This document shows positions 1 through 11,607 of a stretch of 64,000 nucleotides of DNA, in pieces. This DNA is from Massalongia carnosa (Eukaryota): the NCBI GenBank assembly GCA_965645245.1, contig OZ287078.1, positions 496,001 through 560,000 on the forward strand. The letters are read 5' to 3'. The translations under genes and the position numbers were made by a program. A model generated the notes under the pieces. It was not told the origin of the DNA and did no database searches. It saw nothing but the letters and a program-made list of their open reading frames with translations. Numbering within the stretch: the stretch's first letter is position 1; every line of letters begins with the position of its first letter.

Positions 1-159
1 CTACGCGTAAGAGTGCTCAAGTTTTTGGTGTCCTGGTTTTTTTGTCACTAGTTACCTAATAGGGACATTATTACCTAATATCACACCGCTAAACGGATTT
101 CGGAATGAAACGGTCAACTTTTTCCCAAACAAGCCTATTTCCTCCACAGAATTCATGAA

Positions 160-794
160 ATGAGTCGTCGCCCTAACCCCCGCGCTGCAGAAAGTGATGC
201 CGCCGCCTCGGAAGCAGCAAAGGGTGCTCTAGCAGGGGCTGCGAAGGTCTGATTAACTCACCCATTTAATTTAGTCCCCTCACACGACAGCGCCTCTTAG
301 CTCCATCCCCCATTCAGCCTTTTCTTATGTCTCCGAGAGAGAGTATCTTCGCATCAATGGCGGCATAGACTCGCTAATATCCCCGATGGTTGTGTAGCTC
401 GGTCTCTTTGCGGCGGTTCTGGGCGCGGCAGGATATGCATTCTCTCCGCTATATAGAGGGGTAACGGTGCAGTTCAAAGTGTGCGAAGCTTGATTCCATT
501 GCCTGTTCATGGGTTTCTCTAGCCTCTAAATCCCACCACCCTATCTCCTAACTATATCTAATACCTACTAGCTTCATTCAGCTCTCATTTATGACGTTGG
601 GTGGCATGATCGAAGCCGATCGGCGACTGCGGGGATATGAAATCAATGTGCGGCGAGAGAACAGAAGGAGAGTAGACGAGGCGGTCTGGAAGCGGTGGGA
701 AGAGATGCTGGAGGAGGAGCGTAATGGGGATGGAAGTACGAGGGCAGTGGAAGATCGTACAGGGAAATTGAAATGTGAGGAAAGAGAGGAGTAA
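160..794 (+). CDS. Small conserved fungal membrane protein, 3 exons (160-246, 398-480, 572-794); HIG1-like topology, function uncertain
   Basis: ATG 160 and GT-AG introns 247-397 and 481-571 splice into one frame: MSRRPNPRAAES...AAK/LGLFAAVLGAAGYAFSPLYRGVTVQFKV/FIQLSFMTLGGMIEADRRL...; two hydrophobic segments. Confidence 0.7.
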
Positions 795-1780
795 GAGGCT
801 TTGGGGAGAGAGGATTGGGAGCAATACTGATAGAAATTTTGGGATTGGAGGGTCTACAAACAGAGTTGGCGCTGTGGAGATTGGCCCTTATAAGATCTCG
901 AAGACTTGGTGCAGCAGAACCACCCTAAAGGACAAGCGCACTATAGATCATCTGTTGGAGGTCCGCGATGCTAGTCAAGCGATTTACACTGCAAGAGCAA
1001 AGTTGAGAGCGACGGGGAACTTGAAGGAGCAGCGTAAGAGGTTGAGCACAGAAACGCTAAGGGTACAGGAGAGCAAGCCCAACTATCCTGGCAACCCTTT
1101 TCCGTCTCTCCCCCAAGCTCTATCGGGCGCAAAGACCAGGTGAAAGACGTCAGGACTGCTCAGCAACGCAACTGATAGTTTCAGCGACAGCTGAATATAG
1201 GAAGACCGAATGAGCAGCCCTAGGAAATTAACAACAGGTATTTTCTCCGTAATCTGCTATGGCTTGGGCAAGGTGACCAACCAACGCCGAGGTGTTTTGA
1301 AGAGGTAAGGTAGTTTGGGGGTGAGGTTAATAAATTTTCTTGTGCTCGCCTACTATGGCGTAGGGAAAGAAGTGGCTGTCTTAGGACAACGATTTATTCC
1401 CGCCCCTTAATGATATTGTATATAGTTAGGTAGATGCTAAGTATCTGAAAAACAACACAATGAGCAGAGCGCAAGGCTTGAGCCACTAACAAGTCATAAA
1501 TAGGTAGTAGCAGGAACCCCAAGACTCATGCAACAATGAATGATTCATAACATTACTTACAGGAATAAATGTATGACTCGAGGAGTCTTGATATATTATA
1601 TGTCAAGAAGACAATCTGGCTACCAAGCACGCGGGGCCAAAAGAAGTTTAGTTTCCATAACCAAGACTAAGTAAGGAGACTGTTCTTTTCACTTCAAATA
1701 GTTTATGTAGTTTTCTGAAATAATAATACGTATTGAAAGTATTTTTATGTTAAATCTTCGGCCGCACGGGCTCTTATCTT

Positions 1781-2367
1781 GATGATGATGATGATGATGA
1801 TGATGATGTATTCATACTCCGATATGACACAGGCCGTAGGCCGGCCCATGCGGGCAAAGCTATCTAAGTTATGTTACATGGAAAACCTTTCACAGGTGTA
1901 AAAACCATATCCCTTGATACCCGTCCGATGTGACTTCGGGTCGACGTCGGGCGGGAGACGCAGTGCAAAAGACGTGTGGGAACTGTAATGCCTTGTGAAA
2001 AGAGAAGAAAGAAAGAAAGGTTCAACTATTGTTGATTGTACAATAATGTTGATGCTAGTGAGAATTGATTCAATAAGCCTGTTTTCATTAGCCAAGCAGT
2101 TAGTATCTTCAGAGTTTTTGATGATTCGGTCAGCTACTGATAGTTGCTCGTGCCGGCGGCGCGAGACATCTGTTCTCTATTGTCAATAAGTCTGCAGAAC
2201 CCAGCCACATGAGCAGGCCGGTGAGGTGACGGAGGGCACCCTTCGCTTGTAGAGGAAGTCAGCTAACCCGATCTTGCCAGTGCGGATTTGTGTTGTTAGA
2301 GCGCTTTCTGCCTTTTTTAGCTGCGTGAGCCGTTTTGTGTGCTATGGAGGGTTCGATGACGCAATGC
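1781..2367 (-). mobile_element. 5'-truncated Tad1-clade LINE relic with (CAT)n tail
   Basis: Minus strand encodes an ORF2 C-terminus, LKKAESALTTQIRTGKIGLADFLYKRRVPSVTSPACSCGW...WLMKTGLLNQFSLA, with an internal deletion and a stop; (GAT)n tail at 1781-1808; 12-bp TSD GGCTCTTATCTT at 1769-1780 and 2368-2379. Confidence 0.88.
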
Positions 2368-3165
2368 GGCTCTTATCTTATCTTATCGATTGATGAAGAT
2401 TTTCTTGTTGAGTCTAAAGTCTTTTAGCTTCCTATTCGGGTTAGACTCTACTCTGGCCAATGAACTGGGTTAGGAGAACTCGAGAATACACTTTCAATTC
2501 TCAAGATTAAATGGTACATATTTTTACCAACGCAAGCTGAAGTTATAGATTCGATACGAAATTTATTTTGGATGAGCCTTAGGACTCTTTCTCCCCTAAA
2601 AAGTCAGGTTCTACTGAATTAATATAACATACCGTTTTACAAGTAAGAAATCCCAGTCCAGCGAGATACTCGCTGGTGAAGAGCCTCATCTACTCGGATC
2701 TTAATTGGCTAAATAAAGAGCCTCATTCTATTATTAACGAACAGCCTCGCTAACAAACCATCCCATTAACGAAGACGAGTGCTTCCAGAACGCGATCTAA
2801 GACGTATGTTATAAGTATATGATTCTCTCGCTTGGATGAATAGATGATATATCATTTTTTTTTGTTCTACAGAGACCAAGAAGTCATCTAAGGACGTAAC
2901 TTCCATATTTTCACGTGGCTGCCCTCTAGAGCATGAAATAAAATCATTATCGGTGGTCGCCTTTCACATGAAAAACAATCGGAAGGCCGGTAGCAAGCCT
3001 TCGAATTGAACATTCAAAGTTGTTATCATGAAGAAATCATCTCAGTCACCTCCCTGACAGTGAGTGTGTCTCTACTACTGCCGTTGGCCTATCATCAAAA
3101 TATGGGCTTTCTAACCCTGCTTCTCAGATATTTTTGTCCATCTTCTACATATAAATGTACTATTC

Positions 3166-4263
3166 ATGTACTTTTCGTCCTTGGGCAAGAAAGCGATGTA
3201 CCCACCCTCCCGGCATTCACGATCCACAAAAAAGTCTCCATTCCTCAACCTCCCCGCAGAGATTAGAATGATAATCTATGAATACGCTTTAATCAGAGAA
3301 CAGCCAATTGACCTATGGCCCCATCTCTACCATCTCATAACGACAGAATCTACGCATGACCATGCCTTGAAAATCCGCGACCATGTTTTCAAAGTCCGCG
3401 ACCAAGAGAGCCTCGCCTATGTACGTAAGGAAATGGCAACAGGGCTCTTAGGCACATGTCGTCAAGTCTATAACGAGGCCGCCGGGTATTTCTGGAGTGA
3501 CAACTCATTTCGCTTCTCCGGCCGAAGTGGTTGGCAAGGTCTGCTGCGGTTTTTTCTTACAATCGGCCCAGACGCCCGTTCCCGGATTCGCAAAATCGAT
3601 GTTCATGCACCCATTTATATGCGCTGGCCGTTTAAAGGCAAGGACGGCAAAGATCTCAATGGTAAATCGAAGAACTCCCCCAAAATGCACATGACCAAAA
3701 TCCTACCTGAGGGTCATCTGGATACGATCGCGAAGCAGAGAGTGTGCAACATACTGCAGCAGGATCGGAGTCTCGAGGAAATGAATTTCGTGGTTCCTGC
3801 GACTTTCCGCAACGGCGATGAGAGCGAGTTTGGAGGGTATGATGTGGACCACGAAGGGCACAGCGAGGCAATTGAGCGCATCCAGCAGCTGGATTTCGTG
3901 AAAATGACGGTTGTATTTGAGGCAGGATCATACCTAGCCGTTGAGAACGGCGTGCAAGGGATCTTGGAAGAGGGTTGGGATCTTTTGTGCTTACCTGGGA
4001 GTTACATCTACGAAAAGGCTGACAATGGTGACTATGAAAAGAGGGAGGTTTGTGAGACACGTCGCTGGAGCGCACCGATTCGACAATGGGATTATATTTT
4101 GGGGGTGGAAATACTGTTGAGGGAGGCGGAGGAAATTTTGCTACATGCCAACGGAGGAAGACATGGAAGGAAGATTTTCAAGACAGCAAGACCGTTGCGG
4201 GGCTTTGGGGTTTGTAAGTTTCTTGGATCAGATAGTTTACTAGTTCCGCTGAATGATGCCTAG
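3166..4263 (+). CDS. Fungal protein with N-terminal F-box-like motif (SPFLNLPAEIRMIIYEYAL...LLGTCRQVYNEA)
   Basis: 365-aa ORF carrying the FLxLPxEIRxxIY and LLxTCRQxYxEA motifs typical of ascomycete F-box-like proteins; exact start uncertain. Confidence 0.75.
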   Translation: MYFSSLGKKAMYPPSRHSRSTKKSPFLNLPAEIRMIIYEYALIREQPIDLWPHLYHLITTESTHDHALKIRDHVFKVRDQESLAYVRKEMATGLLGTCRQVYNEAAGYFWSDNSFRFSGRSGWQGLLRFFLTIGPDARSRIRKIDVHAPIYMRWPFKGKDGKDLNGKSKNSPKMHMTKILPEGHLDTIAKQRVCNILQQDRSLEEMNFVVPATFRNGDESEFGGYDVDHEGHSEAIERIQQLDFVKMTVVFEAGSYLAVENGVQGILEEGWDLLCLPGSYIYEKADNGDYEKREVCETRRWSAPIRQWDYILGVEILLREAEEILLHANGGRHGRKIFKTARPLRGFGVCKFLGSDSLLVPLNDA

Positions 4264-4494
4264 ATATATAACATATAAGACATCTAGATTGACATACCAT
4301 GAATAGGTATATGGGATATCGTGGATGATTGTTCAGACGTATTGACTGTGAAGTTACTCCAAACTTAGGAATGTAGGCTGAATGCTAGATGTCGCCGCTT
4401 TGAGAGGAGGGCAAGGAGATTCTAAGCTTAAGTTGGCTGCCATAAAATTAGTCGAATACGTTTTCAACATCTTCAATAAACTAGGTACACAGCA

Positions 4495-5267
4495 ATGTCG
4501 CCAATATTACTCCCCAGATCTGCCAGCATTTCTCGAAACACCAACGAGACCAAGATTCAGCTCTCTCTTTCAATTGATGGTGGCCCGCTCAATCTTCTGG
4601 AACCCACAACCGATTTCGATGAATCATCTTCTGAAAGCTCAATTCCATCACAAGAAACCGTTACGCATGCCTCGCAAATCACAGCCTCACAGCATATATG
4701 GATATGGACAGGCATTGGTTTCCTGGATCATATGCTACATGCTTGGGCCAAGCATGCAGGCTGGAGTTTGCGTCTTAGAAGTAAAGGGGATTTACTGAGT
4801 AGGTTCTGGAGACTTGTTCCGCAAGAACCACTTGACTCGTATTAATTTTGTTCTCTACAGTTGATGACCACCACACAACCGAAGACACATTCCTTGCGCT
4901 TGGCAGCGCCTTCACGAAAGCTCTCGGCCCCCGCACGGGCATCGCAAGATTTGGCGACGCATTTGCCCCGCTCGATGAGGCGCTCTCTCGAGCTGTCCTT
5001 GACATCTCCTCTCGTCCTTTCTTTGTAGGGGAATTCGGCTTCACAAGCCCCATGATTGGCACTTTGAACACACAAATGATTCATCATGGGCTGGCCAGCT
5101 GGGCTCAGACTGCGAATGTTACATTGCATGTTAACGTCCTCAGGGGATCTAACGATCATCACCGGGCCGAAAGCGCATTTAAAGCTTTGGCTTTGGCTTG
5201 CAAGATTGCGGCAGCAAGGGTGGAAGGGAAGGAAGGAGAAGTGGGTAGTACGAAAGGAGTCTTGTGA
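4495..5267 (+). CDS. HIS3: Imidazoleglycerol-phosphate dehydratase
   Basis: RNTNETKIQ, TGIGFLDHMLHA, intron 4799-4860, IDDHHTTED, APLDEALSR, NDHHRAESAFKA, STKGVL end. Confidence 0.97.
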
Positions 5268-5738
5268 GCGTGAGCGATTGGGATGGAATAGAGTATATAT
5301 CGGTGTTGGCTTCATCAGAAGGGATTTGGGTAAACAGCCAGATTACCATGCAAAACGAGTAAAGACACCACCCTTCTGCCCAGAAAGGTGATGAGAAATG
5401 GTCAATCAGCATCTTCCAACCTATGCTACGTCGATTATTCTGTCGCTTCCATAACAACCCATCCGCTCGATTAACTCTAGCTGGTTTCACTTCGGGTGTT
5501 TTACCTTGGCTCTCTTGAAAGATACGTTAATCAAAGCAGTCCACAGTGCGAAACGAAAGTCAGAGAACGGCAAGATCACGTGCAGTCAAAGTCGGGCCGA
5601 ACGTTGTGTGTTCCTGCATTAACGAGATGCACACCCCACCAAAATTATACTCCCTACGAATAAAACCCTGACCCCACAGCTGCTCCGAGTTTTCTTCGAA
5701 TACGCCTCCAGATCTTCACGTCTACTTCTTTGGTGCCA

Positions 5739-8250
5739 ATGGCTGTAGGAAAGGAGCGTTTGCGTATACTTCTCATTGGCAGTGGTGGCAGAGAGCATGC
5801 CCTAGCTTGGAAGCTCAGTCAATCTCCGCATGTCGACGCCATATATGTAGTACCCGGCAATGGAGGAACAGCCCGTGGGTTGCGCAAAGTAGTGAATATC
5901 AATCAGGTTAAGCCTGATAATTACCCTGGCCTTGTCTCTTTCGCAAAGGAACATGAGGTTAACCTCGTCATTCCTGGCCCCGAAGCACCAATCGTGGATG
6001 GCATCAAAAGCTTCTTCCGCGCAGGTGAGGCTAAATCATATCTCCTTACAAAACTCAGTATCGCTGAAGTAATGCGTAAGTTGGCATAAGATGTTTTGGG
6101 CCTACTAGAGCTGCTGCTCGCATGGAGGGCGCAAAAACTTTTGCGAAAGATTTCATGATCCGCCATAACATACCTACAGCAACATATAGGAGTTTTAGCG
6201 ATTATGAGGCAGCCAAAAATTTTTTGGAAGAAGTTCCTTACAAGGTAGTCATCAAGGCTAGCGGCTTAGCTGGAGGCAAAGGAGTGGTTCTCCCCTCGTC
6301 CACAGAGGAAACCCAGATAGCGCTTAAGAATATCATGAAAGACAAGGAATTTGGCTCTGCGGGAGACGAAGTGGTAATCGAGGAATACTTAGAAGGGGAA
6401 GAGCTAAGCTTTTTGACCTTTTGTGATGGCCATATCATCAAGTCTCTACCACCAGCACAAGACCACAAGCAGGTGTTCAATAACGACAAGGGACCAAATA
6501 CCGGTGGTATGGGCTGCTATGCACCTACAGCAATAGCGACGCAAGATCTGATTGATGAGGTCCACAGAACTATCATTCAACCAACAGTTGACGGAATGAG
6601 GAAGGAAGGTTAGTGTAACGAGCGTAGCTAAGGGGACGGCTATTAAAGACTTTTGTAGGTTTCCCCTTCGTTGGTCTCCTATTCACCGGCCTTATGATCA
6701 CCAAAGATGGGCCCAAGACACTTGAATACAACGTGCGCTTTGGCGACCCAGAAACGCAGACCCTACTCCCACTTCTAAGCAATGAAACGGATCTAGCAGA
6801 GGTCATGATTGCTTGCACAGAAGGCTGGCTGGATGGGGTTTCCATCACCACTAACTCCGGGTTTTCAGCTTGTGTTGTTGCTGCGGCCGGAGGCTATCCC
6901 AATGCATACAAGCGTGGTCATGTTATAACATGCCAAAACATACCCCCTGAAACCCTCATTTTCCACGCTGGAACAACCCTTGAGTCGGACGTGCTTACAA
7001 GCACTGGCGGCCGCGTTATTGCAGCCACTTCGACGGCGGCCACGCTCGAAACCGCTATCTCTCAAGCATATTCCACTATGTCCTCGATTCATTTTCCTGA
7101 GATGCATTACCGGACCGATATTGGACATCGTGCTCTAAATCGCAAAGAAGTCTCGCCTTCTCTTTCGAGTCCTTGCAACGGTAAGTCCCTTACTTATGCT
7201 TCAGCTGGGGTCTCTATTTCGGCTGGCAACGATCTGGTCCAACGGATCAAGCCTCTTGTTGCTTCTACTGCCCGCCCAGGTGCCGATGCCTTTCTCGGTG
7301 GATTTGGCGGCGATTTTGATCTTAGCCAAGCAGGATACGTCGGCGGACCTACGCTCGTGGGTGGCATGGATGGAGTAGGCACGAAATTAACTATCGCACA
7401 TGCAATGAACAAGCATGACACGGTTGGCATTGACCTTGTGGCAATGAACGTCAACGATCTAGTGGTACAGGGAGCGGAACCGCTGTTCTTTATGGATTGC
7501 TACAGCTGTGGAAAACTAGATGTCGACGTGGCCGCGGAGTTTGTGAAAGGAGCGGCCACCGGTTGCAAAGAGGCTGGTTGCGCGCTCATAGGGGGTGAGA
7601 CGGCAGAAATGCCGGGCCTGTTGTCGAAAAATGGGCGCGTATATGACGTCTCTGGTGCGGCGGTTGGGGCGATTGCCCATGGACGAACCAGGCTACCAGA
7701 AAAACTTTCAATGAAAAAGAGCGATGTGCTTCTGGGCCTGAGCAGTAGCGGATGCCACTCGAATGGCTTTTCGCTCGTCCGGAAAATCATCGAAAAAGCC
7801 AGCCTATCCTATCACGACCCGGCGCCGTGGGAGATATCGGGTACAAGCGTGGGGGAGAGCTTACTCACGCCAACGAGAATATATGTTAAATCGGTCCTGG
7901 ACGTTGCCAACAAGAACCTGGTCAAGGGCATGGCCCACATCACCGGCGGGGGCCTGATCGAAAATATTCCGCGCATGCTACCCGAGCATCTAGCCGCTGA
8001 GTTGGACGTTGCAACCTGGCGAGTGCCAATGGTATTAAAGTGGCTGAAGAGGACAGGCGAACTGGAGGACGGGGAATTCGCGCGGGTGTTCAACACGGGG
8101 CTCGGCATGGTGATAGTGGTTGCGGAAGAGAATGTCACGCAGGTGTTAACAGAAATGGAAGCGGCGGGGGAAGTCGTTTATGTGGTCGGAAAGCTTGTTC
8201 AGCGGGAGCGCGAGGCGTGCGTTCTGAAAGGCTTAGATGCTTGGCTCTAA
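5739..8250 (+). CDS. ADE5,7: Bifunctional GAR synthetase / AIR synthetase
   Basis: IGSGGREHAL, KASGLAGGKGV, GPNTGGMG, EYNVRFGDPETQ, then PurM half DGVGTK, GGETAEMPG, HSNGFSL, HITGGG; introns 6025-6080 and 6609-6658. Confidence 0.97.
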
Positions 8251-8928
8251 GCGGGTTGAGAGGGGTGATCTCGTTGGACGGAACTCTAGCGATAAAAAAG
8301 TCACCTTACGATAAAATTATCGATTGTGGCCTTTGGTAGAATAGGTAGGAATACCTCGTTTTATAGTATACTGAGAAGCCCCCAACCGCAAGGCAGCCCT
8401 ATAAAAGATAGTGGTAGGACAGAATCAATAATTTCTACTTCTTCTTAGCCTTACGGACTCGACCCCTTCCTTCTCTTTTCATCATTTTCCTTGGGCGAGG
8501 TTCGTTTCCCGTTCACGCTCGCGCTGCTAAGTAGCTCGGTAAATTCCCATTCATCCATTCATTCAGTCCACACATACGACCACACACCGTCTCTCCTCTT
8601 TCGTTTCGTGTTCTTTTACTCTTTATTTTTCTTCTTTACTATCTGGAAGAGCGTGATGGTAATGGATAGTGTCCCGGCCCCGGGTTGGTTGGGGGGTGGG
8701 GGGGTTGTTGGGTTAGTATTAGGGAGGGGGGGAGAGAAAGGTAGGTTGGATAAGGGGAATAGGGGGTGCAGGGAGGATATTTGGGGGGGGAGGAAAGGGG
8801 TAGTATTGTAACCTATGCAGAACTGAGGATGGGGAGATGTGGTGGTTGTGAGGGGGACGAGGGATGGATTGGCGTTAGGGTTGGCGTGCAGCTGTCTGTA
8901 TTTCTTTCTTTATCTTGACTTATCTTGT

Positions 8929-8986
8929 CTTGCCTTGCCTTGCCTTGCCTTGCCTTGCCTTGCCTTGCCTTGCCTTGCCTTGCCTT
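8929..8986. repeat. (CCTTG)n pentanucleotide microsatellite, about 11 units
   Basis: Perfect tandem TGCCT array read directly. Confidence 0.95.
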
Positions 8987-9181
8987 ACAGACTCACGTCA
9001 TGTGTTCTATTTCCTTCGTCGTTCATAAAGAGGATGATAGAGCAAGTGAAGAGAAAGAGTAGACCGACGCAAGGACGCAAGCGAGTAGGGGGAAATGGAC
9101 GAGTGTGGAGAAAGTTGAAAAAGTGGGCCGAAGTAGAGGAATGGAAGGTAAGATGAAAGAAGAAGAAGAGGAAGAGGATGT

Positions 9182-10240
9182 TCAGGCGAGCACGATAGCG
9201 AAATTATTCCGTTTCCCGCCTGGACGCAGTTCGATTTTCCGGAACTGGTGCTTCGCTCCCGCTGCGGTTCTCTCATCCTCCTGATTACATTTTGCAGCGC
9301 CACCGTCATTCACCAACACCTTCTTCCCCCCGCCTTTAAAGGTCCAAAGAAAATACACGAGCTTCGCCCCCATTTTCCGTCTCGCTTTCACGTATCCCAG
9401 ACTCTGCAGCATGGCCTCGAGGCGGTCCTCGTCTAGGTACCTGGAATTTGTCACGCAGGGGGCCGGGAGGACGAGGAATAACGCGGGGAGAATTGCGCTT
9501 TCTGTCTCTGGAGTATCCTGTCCTCCAGCACCGGTGACTCCTCCCATGCCAGCAGTAGTAGCAGCATGATCACTAGGATTATCACATGAAGCATTGTGGA
9601 AAGATGTAGGCGGCCGCAAAAACTCCGCCACGCGCCGCAGCATCGCGCCTCGACTCGCAGCATCCCCCACATAGTTCAGCACTAGGCTTAAACTGATAAT
9701 GTCGACCCGCTCCGCTGCACAGGAGGGAAGCGGCCGCTGCATGAAATCCTGGGTCCTGATCTGCGGGTGCTGCGAGTGCAGATCGATTCGCTCGACCTCG
9801 AACCGCGAGCTGCGCGAACAGGCATTGTCGACTTTCAGCGCGCCGACTTCCAGCATCTTGATCTTGCCCCCCCCGCCGCTCCTGTTCATCCAGCCCGCTT
9901 GCTCATTCGCGTTATGATTGCCCCGCCGGGAAAGGAACTCCTCCACCCATGCTCTCAGCACCATGCCTGAGTCGCCGCCTCTTTCCGCTGACTGCCCCAT
10001 CAGGCTCGCGCACTGGTAGAGCGCTAATCCGCCATGAGCGGAGATCTGCGACTGCAAGGAAGCGGCGAGGGCGGTGTCGTGCACCTGGAGGGCGGCGGAG
10101 AGGCGTTTTTGGAGTGTATGGTGGGTGCGGATAAGGGCGCGGGTTGCGTGGGAGGAGACCGGTTTGGGAGTTATGATGGGGTGGAAGTGGTAGGGAGGGC
10201 GGGAATGCGAGAGGAGTGGTTTTCGGCGGTTGGGAGGCAT
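9182..10240 (-). CDS. BMT2: 25S rRNA adenine-N1 methyltransferase Bmt2 (alternative upstream ATG at 10312)
   Basis: RALIRTHHTL, GGLALYQCAS, RGGDS, LEVGAL, RIDLHSQ...QDFMQRP, SLSLVLNYV, VLPAPCVTNSRY, RNNFAIVL. Confidence 0.9.
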   Translation of the reverse strand: MPPNRRKPLLSHSRPPYHFHPIITPKPVSSHATRALIRTHHTLQKRLSAALQVHDTALAASLQSQISAHGGLALYQCASLMGQSAERGGDSGMVLRAWVEEFLSRRGNHNANEQAGWMNRSGGGGKIKMLEVGALKVDNACSRSSRFEVERIDLHSQHPQIRTQDFMQRPLPSCAAERVDIISLSLVLNYVGDAASRGAMLRRVAEFLRPPTSFHNASCDNPSDHAATTAGMGGVTGAGGQDTPETESAILPALFLVLPAPCVTNSRYLDEDRLEAMLQSLGYVKARRKMGAKLVYFLWTFKGGGKKVLVNDGGAAKCNQEDERTAAGAKHQFRKIELRPGGKRNNFAIVLA

Positions 10241-10329
10241 TGATTTTGCTAGGTAGAATGGAGAGGTGGTTGATAAAGAAATTATGGTTGGTGGTTGGCG
10301 GGGATTCTGCATAAGTGTTGGAGTAGATC

Positions 10330-11513
10330 TAGCGTTAACCCGAATAGGAAGGTAATTCCCTTGGACTCGGTACCGGTTACAAGAAATAGTTTACCAGGTT
10401 TACGCTCCTTTGGCGCAGCAAATTGATATTCATTAGGCATTGTTATACCTGTGCTGCCACCTCGTTTAGCAGGACAGGACAATGACGAGATATAATCAAT
10501 AATATATTTGCGATCAGCTTGAAGAACAGGAGATGGGCGAATGAAGCCAGACGAGCTATCGCCTTTATGGAGCAGGGAGGCACCTGCCTGAGGCTACTCG
10601 ATCGCAATAAAACGTAATAAGGTGAACAACTGAAAGGGGACGACGCTGGTTAAGCCCTTGTCGATGATCCTATCAGGGTTTAATCATTTGGTCCTCTGAT
10701 TTTTGGAAAGGAAAAGGCCTGAATGATATTCGCGGAAAGATATACCCTCTAATACTGTCATTTTCGTCAACAATAATATTCTGCAGGGCCAAATCGTCAT
10801 GTGATACCACGAAAGGGGATTCTTCGAGGGCGCGATGAACATATTTGTATTCTAGAGCTCAGCGAATATAGCCGATTTGCCAGCTCCAACAAAATACTCA
10901 TCATCTGACTGAGAATCTTTTCCCGGCGCTCTCGAGTCGGTATGTTGCTTGATCGTTTTAGCGGTTTTCCGTGGTACTACATCAAGACCTTATACGGCCA
11001 TCCTATGGGCTTGCAGAACGTAGTGTTGAAGCAAGCAACTTTGGGTGACCATTGGAATCCACTTCATTTCAGCCCATGCAAGATTTTAAATTATCTCTCA
11101 ACATTGTTTTTGATAGAATCGTGTAATAGGTAATACGCATGCGTTGGCACGCGAACAGCATATACCTTTTTGTCTTGCTGGATAGAATAGATAGAGCGCT
11201 CCTTCCCGGAGTACGGAACGACTGTTATGTCATAAAGGAAAGCGGCGGCGTCGTGGCCATTTTTGGCGAAGATATCAAGGACGCACTGCGGATGGATCGG
11301 CCAGATGATCATTTTCACCCAGGCTTGATAAGTGTTCAGGATTGAACTGCTTCGATAAATCGTGCTTGCAGAGCTTAGGAGCTTATGATTCCGTAGTTTC
11401 CACACACCTAAATTAGCAATAAAATCAGGTGATCGTCGGCTCCTAGCTCCGTAGTTCAATAATACTACTCTTTGGTTAAATAAGATCCCTCTTGCAATTC
11501 TCCCCGTCATCAT
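10330..11513 (-). pseudogene. Degraded aminoglycoside-phosphotransferase / choline-kinase-like gene
   Basis: YAVRVP, then in-frame stops; PFVVSHDDLALQNIIVDENDSIRG (10745-10818) splices to IIDKG, a degenerate HxDLxxxN...IIDW kinase motif; boundaries approximate. Confidence 0.65.
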
Positions 11514-11607
11514 TAGTTTTCCTTCAGCACTTCGTTATAAATATTATGAAAAGTAAACTATTGTGATAAAAGCACTTACACGAGTTAAAATGAGCAAGTT
11601 ATCATAT

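Noticed and set aside
775..1143. 122-aa ORF downstream of the first gene
   Set aside because: No family motif, non-ATG start, overlaps the 3' end of the upstream gene.
4495..8250. HIS3 and ADE5,7 adjacency as a purine/histidine regulatory cluster
   Set aside because: The pathways are linked through AICAR, but I found no clear shared TGACTC-type sites, and adjacency alone is not evidence.
8572..8583. ACATACGACCA, resembling the start of fungal 5S rRNA
   Set aside because: Similarity stops after about 11 nt; no internal 5S motifs follow.
2428..10351. 16-bp inverted match (CTTCCTATTCGGGTTA at 2428, TAACCCGAATAGGAAG at 10336) bracketing HIS3-ADE5,7-BMT2, as possible TIRs
   Set aside because: About one exact 16-mer match is expected by chance in 64 kb on two strands; no TSD is evident and the enclosed genes are core genes.
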